Shown: positions 39,579 through 49,662, counted from the stretch's first letter. The stretch is 64,000 nt of DNA from an uncultured delta proteobacterium (GCA_963812015.1 CAWETI010000003.1:1088001-1152000), one strand, 5' to 3'. Translations and numbers: made by a program. The notes: generated by a model from the sequence alone, not told the origin.

Positions 39579-40013
39579 ATGTATAGGAAAGTATTTTTTT
39601 TCAGCACTCTTTCATTGTTAATAATTATAGCCTGTATATCTTTTGGTTGCAGTTCTAAGGATCCAGCAAAAGAAATTATCGGTACATGGGTAGTTGTAAA
39701 GGAACAGCCGGGAGCAGTCAATACTAAAGCACTTCTTCCTGGACAATCTGTTCCGAAAAGTGAAGAAGATTTATTCAAGGGTGTTAGTATAGAGTTTTTT
39801 AGTGATAAAACTTACATCGCTAAAGGATCACTCTGGCAAGGTTTTGTTACTAATGGACAATGGACAATTTTAGATGATGGACGCATTAAACTACAAGATA
39901 TGGGTCATGATCCGTTTGTCGTAATAATAAAAGAAAATCAAATGATATTTGATATATCTATTGGTATATACTCAAGTTACAAAATTGTTCTTGAAAAGAA
40001 ACCCGCAAGATAG
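39579..40013 (+). CDS. Hypothetical lipoprotein (island cargo)
   Basis: ISFGC lipobox, IIGTW, GQWTI; AAGGAGG RBS; AT-rich. Confidence 0.75.
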   Translation: MYRKVFFFSTLSLLIIIACISFGCSSKDPAKEIIGTWVVVKEQPGAVNTKALLPGQSVPKSEEDLFKGVSIEFFSDKTYIAKGSLWQGFVTNGQWTILDDGRIKLQDMGHDPFVVIIKENQMIFDISIGIYSSYKIVLEKKPAR

Positions 40014-40411
40014 AAATAAATATTCTGTGGAGAGTTTATGAACTACCGTAATGGCTGGCAAGGAATCATTTAACCGGACCCGCCAGGGAACAGGCCAGAC
40101 AAAGGGTCTATACATTGAATCTCCCAACACCGCTGGCGCACCCGGCATCTGCCCCAGCCCGTGGAGCCCCCCCGGCCCTGCTCCTGCAACCCGGCTTGGT
40201 GACTGTCCTACTGTGATCCCTGCCCAGGGTTAAAGGCAAAAAGGGAAACCCCGGGGGTGGGTCCCATACCCCCCCTCCCTTTATGCTCCGTCCGGACACC
40301 AACTCAAATTTTTCGTTTATATCGCTTTCCCCGGATGGGATTGCCCCCCTATGAACCCCGGTCCCAAAAATTTTCAAACCAAAAATTCAGCCGGGCGACA
40401 CTTATTTAGAG

Positions 40412-41044
40412 CTATTGTTCCCAATGCCATTTTGTTATTTTTAGAGAAATGTCTTTTAGGCTGCGAAAGATGTTTATTAGCGCTTGATACAATAACTCAA
40501 AGTTTATATCTGGGACAGGTTTGCCATCAAATATTGTTTCGTCAAAGGTGAGGTTTGGTGTTGAAATATCATGGACCAACTCGCTTCTAACTCTTTCATA
40601 GGATATTACTGCCATTGTTCCTCTGAATAGATTATCATTAAGCCAGTCTAACTGTTTTTTATTTATTACAGGTGATAGTTTTTCAATGACAATCTCTTGC
40701 CTAATTAATTCATTTCCAAAGGCGTCAATTATTTGTTCAATATGTATAAAAGTCCCTTTGAAAAGTTTTTTGTTCAATAAAACATTTTTTAGCTGTTTTT
40801 TGTGGACAAGAGTGAATAGTTTATTACCGCTATGTTCCTCAAGTATCCGATAATAATTTTTCGCCTTCCTATCTGAATCATGGTATTGCCGATTTCCAAG
40901 CGCTTCAATATAACAGCAACACAACATTAGTGCTTCGTCCTCATGCCCTCCGTTATAGAGCTCTTTGAGAAAGGCTATTCGTTGTTCCAAGTCATCAAAG
41001 TAGGCCTGAAGCATAAAGACCTTATCTGTATCATTATCGGTCAA
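40412..41044 (-). CDS. Hypothetical protein, candidate HEPN-like RNase
   Basis: AT-rich; YIEALG helix and C-terminal R-S-E-L-V-H (Rx4H). Confidence 0.55.
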   Translation of the reverse strand: MTDNDTDKVFMLQAYFDDLEQRIAFLKELYNGGHEDEALMLCCCYIEALGNRQYHDSDRKAKNYYRILEEHSGNKLFTLVHKKQLKNVLLNKKLFKGTFIHIEQIIDAFGNELIRQEIVIEKLSPVINKKQLDWLNDNLFRGTMAVISYERVRSELVHDISTPNLTFDETIFDGKPVPDINFELLYQALINIFRSLKDISLKITKWHWEQ

Positions 41045-41157
41045 AACCTGTTCCTTTTTCTATATTGTCACCTAACGAAAATTATCAGGCGCCGGGGCAT
41101 ATCAGCAGGATTAAAACTGCTCGATGACCCTCTTAAAGTGGTTAGCGACGCTGGCGT

Positions 41158-44100
41158 TCAGCCAAGACCCAACTCTTGAATAGATAGATGAGGGGCGGCA
41201 AGCAACCTCTCTCCGAAATCGTTCAGGGCCGGGCGTAGATTCACCGTCTGCTCCACGGCCCATATAGTATCAAGCAACTGGCTCTGAATTTCCAGGGTTA
41301 GCGGCAGACCGATGCGGCGCTTCACCCATTGGCGCAGGACTTCATAGCCGCTCACCACATAGCCCCAGGCTTCCGGGGATACCGGTGCGGCGTAGGTTTC
41401 CGTCGCCAGGTACAGGTGGCGGCTTTGGGGGTCATAGTCCCCCTTCTCGATGGCGGTTGCTGGCCCCTGGATGGTGATTGAGCCGGCGGGGCAATACTCC
41501 TGGAAGCTGTGCCAGCTAACTATGCGTTGTCCCAACTCTGTGCCTTCATGGAACAGGACAAAATCTCGCGGAAACGGGACCCTGGGGAAACTCCGGGCCA
41601 GTTCCCGTGAAAAACGCAAACTGTACCCTTCCCAGGCCAGCACCCCATAGCAGTAGGCGAAAAGCTGTTCCGGCGTGATTTCCCGGCCCCAATGTGATGA
41701 TAGATTTTCCAACAGGCCGGGACGAAAGTTGTGGGTGCTTAATTGCCCGGCTGAATAGTCCCATAATGAAAAAATAGAGCCACCATTTCCAGCAAAAATA
41801 TTTCGGTCTGGAATGTTATATTGCAAGGTAACTGAAGGACCTCGACCATGCCTACAATGCTGCGACGACATCGAAATGTTAGTTCGTCCCCAAGAATTTT
41901 GTAGTTTCTCCCTTGGACGGTCAATATAGGCAGAAATGTTATAAAAATATTGGTTATCTAAGGGCCTGTAAGCATAGGGGGCAATTCTCGTTAAATCAAA
42001 TTGATATTTTAGGGCTCTATCAACAGTTCTCATCGAAGTTTCATGAAATAATTCTTTTTGTTGTTCTATGGTCCCTGAAATAAAGGATCTAATCATTTTT
42101 TCTAATTCTTGTTTTGTTGGAGAGGCAACCAATCTATCTCTTTTAGTTTCAATGCCGCTAAATTTCTTTAGGAATATTGTAGGCAAATCCGGCCAAACGG
42201 CAAAGTCAGCCCCCAGACCAGGGAAAAAAGGGTCCAGGCCGCTACCCGGAACTACCTCAAATCTATCCAGGGGCAACTCCGGAGGAAATAGTTTTAGCCA
42301 TTCTTCTTTCCCGGCCCTGGTCCCCCAATAGTCGCTATAAAAAACCTCCGCTTCAGCATCGCCCTGAGAGCCGTCGGCCACACACACCGCGATGGCTACT
42401 CCGACCTGGATGTCAAAGACATTCTGATCAGACGCAACACCAGCCGGCAAAGGGGAGCGACCGTCGCCGTGCAGATCCAGAAGATAAATCTGGTCGAAAT
42501 AGCGGCGGAACATTTGACGCATACCGCCAAAGGCCCCGCCGATGAGCCACCGAGAGTTGGTGATGAAACTCAGGATCCCCTGTCGGGGGGCGCCATCCTG
42601 CTCAAACAGCTTCCACAAAGCCCAGCGATAGAAATACGCATACCATTCAGCAAGGTTCTTCAAGTCCCCCCGATATTCCGGGGGCACCTCCCTCCGGAAG
42701 TCCTCCATCACCTCCCAAATCCAACCTGATTCGGCCTTGCCCCGACCGTAAGGGGGGTTGCCCAGTATCACCATAATGGGAACCTCGGACTTGACCCGAT
42801 CCGCCCCTTGGCGTTCTTCGGTGATGGGTGCGGACATAAAGCCGAAATGCGGCGTGACCTGGGGTTGACCATAGGAAGGCAGGAGAGTATCCGTCAGATA
42901 GATGGGCAAGCGCCCGGTGATGTGTCCACCATATTCCTGCACCGCGGTGGCCATGCGGTAATGGGCCACGGCGTAAGGTCCTACTTGAATTTCAAACCCG
43001 TGAAGATGGTTGCCCAAATGCGTGGCGGCCTGGGCGACCGCGGCCTCCCCCATGGCCCGGCGCATGTGACGACAGCCTTCCCCCATGGCCGAAACAAGGT
43101 AGGTGCCGGTGCCAACAGCCGGGTCGAGGATTTCAATACCTTCGTCCACCAAACCAAAGCGCCGCTGAAAAGCATCCACCAGCAAGCGGTTAATCACCCG
43201 TGTCTGAAAATTCACCACCGCCGGGGGTGTGTAATAGCTACCCCGTTTGCGCCGCAATTCCGGGTCATATTCCGCGAGGAAATCTTCATAGAAGTAAAGC
43301 AACGGATCATGGGATGGGTCTTCATATGCCAGTACTCCCGGGTCCACCTGGTTCACTATTTCCAGCAAGGATAATAGGCTCCACCCCACCATGTCGGTGA
43401 CCGGCGGCTGGGCCAGGAGGTTGAGGGTGGCGTTTAATAGACGGTGCCTTTCGGGACTGATGAAGGTATGGGCTGTAATAAGAGTTAGAGTCTGGCCGGT
43501 AGCCGCCTGTCGGGCCAACAGCAATCCATACGCCAGGGTTTGGGCGTAGGCATCAGCAAATTCCTTTTGTTCCAACTCGAAAAAGAGAATATCCCGAAAC
43601 TCTGAATAAATTTGCCCCAGGGGCGAATCTGGAGGGGCAACCTCCATGGCTTCTTCTACCGCGCCCCGCACCAGGCGCGCTGCCCGAGCCAGATATTGGC
43701 AAAGTTGCGCGGGTTTGGTGATGTAGGGGATGGAATAGGCGAAGAAACGCGTCAGCAAATCCAAGGCCGGAGTCGGGTCGTGAGCGGCGAGGGAGGCGGT
43801 ATAAGGGGCAGTGGGGTCCAGGCATGACCGCGGCACCAATATGGCTCGTTGGACTTCATTCTTTTCTTGAAAGAGTTTCAGGTCCCAAAAGTTGGAGTAA
43901 AGCAAATTGGGCAGTTCCAGGTACTTCTCCAACTGCTTCCGATCCTGCCCATGAAGGTTGTCCAAAGCCTTGTTTGGTTCCTTGGCCTCCAGGAATGACA
44001 AGGACCTTCCCGCTGGCTTGATACCATAATCCGGTGCGCCAATCTCTCCAGTAGAATATTGCTGAATTATGGTGAGATTGGTGTCAAGAATCGCGGCTAA

Positions 44101-44235
44101 CTCGTGGAGCAAAATTTCCAGAGGGGCATAAAGGGAGGTTTCGGGTTGATGGCCTGGGTCGTGACGGATTTGCCGGATTCTTTGACAATAGCGAGAGAGG
44201 GCTTCACGGGCTTGATTAAGCTGAACATCATTCAT
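41158..44235 (-). CDS. Single-chain restriction-modification enzyme (Type IIG / helicase-less Type ISP-like): nuclease, N6-adenine MTase and TRD
   Basis: N-terminal PD..(x)EAK, GSYYTP, LDPAVGTGT, GNPPY, YAYRPLD, FPRVPFP and GYEVL..W (ISP C-terminal-like). Confidence 0.85.
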   Translation of the reverse strand: MNDVQLNQAREALSRYCQRIRQIRHDPGHQPETSLYAPLEILLHELAAILDTNLTIIQQYSTGEIGAPDYGIKPAGRSLSFLEAKEPNKALDNLHGQDRKQLEKYLELPNLLYSNFWDLKLFQEKNEVQRAILVPRSCLDPTAPYTASLAAHDPTPALDLLTRFFAYSIPYITKPAQLCQYLARAARLVRGAVEEAMEVAPPDSPLGQIYSEFRDILFFELEQKEFADAYAQTLAYGLLLARQAATGQTLTLITAHTFISPERHRLLNATLNLLAQPPVTDMVGWSLLSLLEIVNQVDPGVLAYEDPSHDPLLYFYEDFLAEYDPELRRKRGSYYTPPAVVNFQTRVINRLLVDAFQRRFGLVDEGIEILDPAVGTGTYLVSAMGEGCRHMRRAMGEAAVAQAATHLGNHLHGFEIQVGPYAVAHYRMATAVQEYGGHITGRLPIYLTDTLLPSYGQPQVTPHFGFMSAPITEERQGADRVKSEVPIMVILGNPPYGRGKAESGWIWEVMEDFRREVPPEYRGDLKNLAEWYAYFYRWALWKLFEQDGAPRQGILSFITNSRWLIGGAFGGMRQMFRRYFDQIYLLDLHGDGRSPLPAGVASDQNVFDIQVGVAIAVCVADGSQGDAEAEVFYSDYWGTRAGKEEWLKLFPPELPLDRFEVVPGSGLDPFFPGLGADFAVWPDLPTIFLKKFSGIETKRDRLVASPTKQELEKMIRSFISGTIEQQKELFHETSMRTVDRALKYQFDLTRIAPYAYRPLDNQYFYNISAYIDRPREKLQNSWGRTNISMSSQHCRHGRGPSVTLQYNIPDRNIFAGNGGSIFSLWDYSAGQLSTHNFRPGLLENLSSHWGREITPEQLFAYCYGVLAWEGYSLRFSRELARSFPRVPFPRDFVLFHEGTELGQRIVSWHSFQEYCPAGSITIQGPATAIEKGDYDPQSRHLYLATETYAAPVSPEAWGYVVSGYEVLRQWVKRRIGLPLTLEIQSQLLDTIWAVEQTVNLRPALNDFGERLLAAPHLSIQELGLG

Positions 44236-44582
44236 GGGGGCATTATGCGTCAGGCGGTTATAGCTGGCAAGAGATTAGTTAACCAGGCTTTCCAGGGAAC
44301 GAGCCAAATAAAAAAGGGGCTGAAAAAATGCTATGTTATCGTAACCATCATAGTTACAGGGTAATTTGCGCATTTGGGTGAAAATCAGAAAAAGATTAGG
44401 AAAAATATGGGAAAAACATTGCAGAAAGGCGGAGGAAATTAAAAAAAATCATAAATAATTAATGGATGTGGATTAAGAAAATCGTTCAAGTCATTAAAAA
44501 CATTGAATATTAAGGATGATTAATTTAATTTAATTTTATTGCGTCAGATTTATTTTTAATAATCCAGACAACTTAACCGAAA

Positions 44583-44858
44583 TTATTGTTCGTTTTCTGC
44601 ATCTGCCAAAATGGCCTGGGCTATCGTTTCCCCTTCGGGCGTTAGGGTAATTGCTGTGGAGTAGTGGCTAAGAGTCCGCCAATATCGGACCAGCCCCCGG
44701 CGCCAAAGTCTGGTTAGGCTCCGGCTCATGCCAGCATGAGCCACATTGTAATTTCGCCCACTAAATACCTGGCGCAAAATGTCCTGACAGGTAAGAAATC
44801 TGCTTTCGAGGCATAGAAGCAAAATCTCTCTTTGTAGGTCAGATAATCTGCTACTCAT
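44583..44858 (-). CDS. Small winged-HTH-like protein
   Basis: MSRSLTRLWRRGLV...ITLTPEG (MarR-type wing). Confidence 0.6.
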   Translation of the reverse strand: MSSRLSDLQREILLLCLESRFLTCQDILRQVFSGRNYNVAHAGMSRSLTRLWRRGLVRYWRTLSHYSTAITLTPEGETIAQAILADAENEQ

Positions 44859-45082
44859 CGGTTAATTTCCCATGCTGAGGACTAAATTTTTTTGCGGTTA
44901 ATTTTTTCTGTGATTTGCCGGGAGGCATTTTCAATCCTCTCAGTCCTCCCGGTCAACCAGCCCCCACCAATTTGGAAATAGAAGTTATTTCTCATAAACT
45001 GGGCGGACTGTCTTTTGTATCAGGGATTTCTCAATCAAAATCAGGATTTCCCCGGTTTTCATCTTGAAATTGCTTTTCTATC

Positions 45083-45376
45083 CTATAAATACCAACCTGG
45101 TACGCAATCCGTTCCAAAAAGTTGACCGGCTCGGGCTTCGCATCCCTCAGTTCGGGCCGGTCTGCTTTTAATCCCTAAGACCTCCCATAAATTTGGCCGA
45201 ACCGGCTCCACCTGGAAGCCGTGGAGTTCGCCAAGGAAGGTGAAGTCGATCCTGGGCAGGGTCGGCGCCGGTCCTCGAGGCAGTACTGGACGCCGGCGCC
45301 CCGCAGGACTCCGATCAGAATGAGAGGGGTAAATCAAGGGGTAAAGATGGGCATGAGTGTTGATTCTAAGAACCAT
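45083..45376 (-). CDS. Hypothetical protein
   Basis: 97 aa, AAGGTGG RBS, downstream of the primase. Confidence 0.4.
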   Translation of the reverse strand: MVLRINTHAHLYPLIYPSHSDRSPAGRRRPVLPRGPAPTLPRIDFTFLGELHGFQVEPVRPNLWEVLGIKSRPARTEGCEARAGQLFGTDCVPGWYL

Positions 45377-45391
45377 TTTTCCACCTTTCCT

Positions 45392-45502
45392 TAGTGAAGG
45401 GTAGTGAAGGGTGTGAACCTTTTTTCTATAAAGTTCCTACACGAGGGGGATATATAGGAAGTTTATGGGAATAGCGTTCACCACTATTCAAACCCTTCAC
45501 TA
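45392..45502. other. Putative iteron-type replication origin of the element
   Basis: TAGTGAAGGG x2 direct, inverted CCCTTCACTA, central imperfect inverted repeat. Confidence 0.55.
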
Positions 45503-47853
45503 AAATCCCGCAACCCAATTCCCTGCCTGACAATTGCCCCCCCTGTACCTCTTTTCCCTTCAAGCCCACGCTCCGTAAGGATTATGCCAAATGCCGTTTG
45601 ACTTAACGGTTTCTTTTCGCCGTTTTCTTCCGCCCATTTGGTATAGGCCTTGTATAAGTTTGAGGCCGGGACCGAAGCCCCCGGCGCAATGATACAGCAC
45701 TCGGCCAGAAATTCTGCCAGGGTGTCCATTTCCTGTCGGTAGGTCTGAGTCGCCTCCTGGACGGCTTGGGGAGGATTCAACCCTTGATCTTGCCAGTTGG
45801 TGCACCCCTCGATAGCCCAATTCAGGATGCCGGGAAGTTCTGCCTTGAGTTTCTCGGCGAGTTCGCGATCTCGTTCTTCTTCTGGGATTTGGACTGTGAA
45901 AGGGATCAGATGAATCCGCCGCCAAATAGCGTTGTCGGTTCCCCGGATAACCGGTTTGTGGTTTGCCGCCAGGAAAATTTTGAACTCCGGATCAAATTCG
46001 AAATGTTCTGAATAGAGGAACCGGGCCTTGATTTTGTCGCCGCCGGTCATCTGCTTAACGAGCACTTCCGCCATGCGCCGGCCTGATTCGATTTCCACCG
46101 CGGCCACAAACCGCGCCCCCCTAAGATCAGCCACATCATTTGAAATAGGGTTACTGTTCCGCTTTACCATGAAAGTTTCGCTGGTAGTCTGAGTGGCATA
46201 ATCCCCCAGAAGGGCTTGAATGACTTTTATGAAGGTGCTCTTGCCGTTAGAGCCCAGGCCATAGAGAAAGAACAGGCATTGCTCCCAGGTGATCCCAGTA
46301 AGGGCGTACCCCACAGCTTTTTGAAGGAAAAGGATGAGTTCATAGTTCCTGTTAAAAATTCTTTCAAGAAACTTCCACCAGGTAGGACATTCGGCCTTGG
46401 CATCATATACAACCTGAGCCAGCTTGGTTATCAGGTCATTCCGCCGGTGTGCCCGGAGTTCCCCGGTTCTCAAATCAATGGTTCCATTGAGAACATTCAA
46501 AAGCCAGGGGTCCTGGTCAAATTCTGTGGGCATTATCGGTATGCGGGGCTCACTTGTGGCGCTGGCTATCATGGCCTTGCGCTTGGATTCGCTTTCCGAT
46601 CTCAAGGCGTGTTGCGCCAGGGCTTCCCGCAATTCTTTTGTCTGGGTAGCCGCGGCTTCTGCATAGATACCATGAACCGTTTCCTTGGCTCGACGGTCTA
46701 TTTCTCCGGTTTCGTCCTTAATCCACCGCGTGCCATCCCAGACCAGCCATTTGCTCCACGGGTAACAGTAGCGGATATTTTGACCATGCTTAGCCACCAG
46801 GCGCTGCGCATTTCCCATGTCGGTCAGGTTGTAGCCCATGGCCGGGCCTGGGCTGGGGGCCTCATTTGCCGCCTTGTTCACCGCCGCGGATTCAGCCGGC
46901 GTGATCCGGGTGCCGTTGATCCGGCTGGCGCCGCCCCCGTAGGTTTCAGTTGTGCCAGCCAGGGCTTTGTCAATGGTCTTAACCCCGTAAGTGCTCTTGG
47001 CTGTTGCCCTGTCCCACTTCTCCCGGTAAAGGCCGCTTGCCCGGAATATGCGATCAATCTGGCCTGGGTCCTGGGTCCAGAAAGCCAATACGGAACACAG
47101 GGCCATGTCCGCCTCACTTGCGGAAGGGTAGCCGGTGATGTCGCCCACCATGAGCCGGTCAAACTTGCCGCCGTTCTGCGCTGACTTGGCCTTGGCAATT
47201 ATTTCTAAATCGGTGAGGCCAAGAGGCATGGTAGACCTGGGGGACCCCTGAGCCTGTTCCTGAGGTTCTCCAAATACTTCCCGATGCAGGGCTTCAAGTT
47301 CGGTCTGCCGGGCTTCTATCGTGGTGGGGGTGACTTCCAGGTGGCGCCCGGTCATGGTGAAGTACCGGGCGGAGTCGTACATTTCAATCTTTCCCTTGCG
47401 ATTACCGCCTGGGGGAACGCTGGCCTTGATGATAATGTGAAGTCCGGTATCGCTGGGGCTGATTTCGGTGTAGGAATCAAGGTTTCTGACGATTTCCATG
47501 GCCCAGGGTTCGACCTCCCCTGTTTTCGGGTCCCTGCATTTGTCCAGGTCCACGCCGGTGAAAGGGTCATCAGGGGAAAATTCATAGCCAATCCCGGCAA
47601 TGCCATTACCCCTGTGCGCCTCCCAATGTCGCACCGCCTGGTCAAAGTCACCCCAGGTGTCCGGATCATCCGCCTTGGCGTTGTCGCCGGTCTTAGGGTT
47701 CACGGGAATCTTGTTCGACCGGTAGCACACCCATTGTGGCCGGTCCTTTAATTCCTGGGGTATTTTGTCAAGGTCAGGGGCCGCCGCCAGGCAACCGCCG
47801 CCAGTCACCCCCCGGTCTTGGGCAGGGGCGCCGCCAACTACACCGGGCCGCAT
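45484..47853 (-). CDS. Phage/plasmid primase-helicase, P4 family (AEP primpol, D5_N, SF3 helicase)
   Basis: GVDLDKC and EISPSDTGLH (primpol); TDMGNAQR, LNVLNGTIDLRTG, GLGSNGKST, KQMTGGD, AIWRR. Confidence 0.92.
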   Translation of the reverse strand: MRPGVVGGAPAQDRGVTGGGCLAAAPDLDKIPQELKDRPQWVCYRSNKIPVNPKTGDNAKADDPDTWGDFDQAVRHWEAHRGNGIAGIGYEFSPDDPFTGVDLDKCRDPKTGEVEPWAMEIVRNLDSYTEISPSDTGLHIIIKASVPPGGNRKGKIEMYDSARYFTMTGRHLEVTPTTIEARQTELEALHREVFGEPQEQAQGSPRSTMPLGLTDLEIIAKAKSAQNGGKFDRLMVGDITGYPSASEADMALCSVLAFWTQDPGQIDRIFRASGLYREKWDRATAKSTYGVKTIDKALAGTTETYGGGASRINGTRITPAESAAVNKAANEAPSPGPAMGYNLTDMGNAQRLVAKHGQNIRYCYPWSKWLVWDGTRWIKDETGEIDRRAKETVHGIYAEAAATQTKELREALAQHALRSESESKRKAMIASATSEPRIPIMPTEFDQDPWLLNVLNGTIDLRTGELRAHRRNDLITKLAQVVYDAKAECPTWWKFLERIFNRNYELILFLQKAVGYALTGITWEQCLFFLYGLGSNGKSTFIKVIQALLGDYATQTTSETFMVKRNSNPISNDVADLRGARFVAAVEIESGRRMAEVLVKQMTGGDKIKARFLYSEHFEFDPEFKIFLAANHKPVIRGTDNAIWRRIHLIPFTVQIPEEERDRELAEKLKAELPGILNWAIEGCTNWQDQGLNPPQAVQEATQTYRQEMDTLAEFLAECCIIAPGASVPASNLYKAYTKWAEENGEKKPLSQTAFGIILTERGLEGKRGTGGAIVRQGIGLRDFSEGFE

Positions 47854-47855
47854 GA

Positions 47856-48080
47856 TTAAAAACCCGGCGGCGTGACGCGGTTGGCTTCCATTATCGATAG
47901 AACTTCCGGGAGATAGTACCGGACGGATTTACCGATTTTTCGGTAAGGAAATCCGCAACCTTTGGACCGATCATTTCTGAGGGTTTGAACGGCGCGGCCG
48001 GTAAGGGCGGAAACTTCCTGTTCAGTGATGTAACGCTGGGATTTCAGGTCGGAGGGCAATTCTCTGATATTGGCGCTCAT
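47856..48080 (-). CDS. Excisionase/AlpA-like HTH protein
   Basis: ITEQEVSALTGRAVQTLRNDR..G.GFPYRKIGKSVRY. Confidence 0.85.
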   Translation of the reverse strand: MSANIRELPSDLKSQRYITEQEVSALTGRAVQTLRNDRSKGCGFPYRKIGKSVRYYLPEVLSIMEANRVTPPGF

Positions 48081-48324
48081 TTGACTTTCTCCTCGTGGAA
48101 AGTAGGATCATCGAGAGGTCCCTCCTTCTGGCCGTTTTGGCTGGCGTGGGCTCCCTACTCTACACACGAAGCAAAGTCAAACATTTTAGCGCCGGTGGGC
48201 GCATCCTGATTTCGGTTCAGGACGAAAACCGTAATACCAAGCTATTAACTTTTCTACCACATTGTACCCTTAAAGTCAAGTGGAAACAGGCGATACCCGT
48301 AACTTTCGCGCTGTCAATTAACCG

Positions 48325-49464
48325 TTATTTCTTTTTCCTTAAATTCGCCACCTGGGAGATACGGCTGTTCATGGCCTGGCCTATCAAGTCCCCCGCCAGA
48401 TCGGAGGCCCGGCGTAGGGTAGCATCGCGCAAATGAGCATAGCGCATCGTCATGGCGGCGCTCTTGTGTGTCAACAGCTTTTGCAGGGTGTAGAGGTCCA
48501 CTTCGCCCGATGATGCCAGCATCGAAGCGAAAGTATGCCGCAGACCGTGGAGGGGCCGGAAGCCATTGGGGAGTTCAGCCGCTTTTCGTATGCGGTCAAT
48601 AGGCCGTCTGATCTCAACTCTTTGGCCCCCGCCACGGCCAGGGAACACGAAAGGCGAGTCGGTTCTCGGATGATTCTCTAAAATATTTCTGGCCGATTGA
48701 TTTAATGGGATTGTCTGATCTTTGCCGCCCTTGGGGCTGATGATATGGATAAAGTTCTTCTCGAAATCAATATCATCCCATTTGAGTTTGAACAGTTCGC
48801 CCCTGCGCATACCAGTTACCAGGGCCATCTTCATAAAATTACCGGCATGGATGTCATGATCTTCATTAATGGCGGTCAAGAGGTTCGATAGCTGCTCCGG
48901 GGTTAAATCCTCAGTTCTGAGGTTATTTACTCGGGGAAATTCGATCTTAAACCCCAGGCCAGGGGCCAAACCTTTCTTGATTCCGAAATTAACAATCCGT
49001 TCAACTAATTCCAGAACATTCTTGACGGTCTTGGCGCTCAAGGTCTTGGATAAGTTAATCCTCAGCCGGTGTACCATGATTTGGGATAGGTCTTTGGGTT
49101 CTTTGGCCCCAAAAGTGGCTTGTAAGAATTTCTGATAGCGATAACGATCTGTTCTGAACCCCTTGGTATCGGGCTTAGGTCCGATGTACTCTTGCCAAAG
49201 CCGGTCAATGGTCCACTTGATAGCCGTCGCTTCTTCCCGGCGCTCCTTATTGCTGGCGGCACCTTCAATGCGTTTGGTTCGCTCCGCCGCCGCCCTTGCC
49301 GGGGTCATGTCGTTTTGATATTGCCGGCCAACTTTTTCCTCAATCAAGCGGCCATCACGGCGATACATGATGTAGTAAATCTTCTCTGGTCTGCCATTAC
49401 TGGCCTTTCCCATAATAAAATAGACCCCTGGATAATTCGTTTTCTCACGATCTGTCTTAGGCAT
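48325..49464 (-). CDS. Tyrosine recombinase (phage integrase)
   Basis: TGMRRGE, HGLRHTFAS, LLTHKS, TMRYAH catalytic set; adjacent to attR. Confidence 0.96.
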   Translation of the reverse strand: MPKTDREKTNYPGVYFIMGKASNGRPEKIYYIMYRRDGRLIEEKVGRQYQNDMTPARAAAERTKRIEGAASNKERREEATAIKWTIDRLWQEYIGPKPDTKGFRTDRYRYQKFLQATFGAKEPKDLSQIMVHRLRINLSKTLSAKTVKNVLELVERIVNFGIKKGLAPGLGFKIEFPRVNNLRTEDLTPEQLSNLLTAINEDHDIHAGNFMKMALVTGMRRGELFKLKWDDIDFEKNFIHIISPKGGKDQTIPLNQSARNILENHPRTDSPFVFPGRGGGQRVEIRRPIDRIRKAAELPNGFRPLHGLRHTFASMLASSGEVDLYTLQKLLTHKSAAMTMRYAHLRDATLRRASDLAGDLIGQAMNSRISQVANLRKKK

Positions 49465-49612
49465 AGCGTCCTCCAGCCCCCAACAATATCCCCAACATCT
49501 GAGTTAATTTTAGGCGTATTTTACGGTATGTCAAGGGAAAAGATAAATCGCTAAATGCTTTTAGATAAAGGAGTTTTAGATGGTCATGGTAAATGGTGGT
49601 AAATGTATAACC

Positions 49613-49662
49613 CCGGGTTGTGGCCCCGGCGGTCGCGGGTTCAAGTCCCGTCGTTCACCCCA
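49613..49662 (+). repeat. attR: duplicated 3' half of tRNA-His
   Basis: CCGGGTTGTGGCCCCGGCGGTCGCGGGTTCAAGTCCCGTCGTTCACCCCA identical to 38621-38670. Confidence 0.95.

Larger units (their letters stand above)
38621..49662. mobile_element. ~11-kb integrative element (phage satellite/PICI- or P4-like) in tRNA-His
   Basis: Perfect 50-bp direct repeat of the tRNA 3' half (38621-38670 = 49613-49662); integrase, excisionase-like HTH and primase-helicase; no structural genes. Confidence 0.92.

Noticed and set aside
49613..49662. Second tRNA-His gene
   Set aside because: It lacks the 5' acceptor strand and D-arm; it is the att duplication
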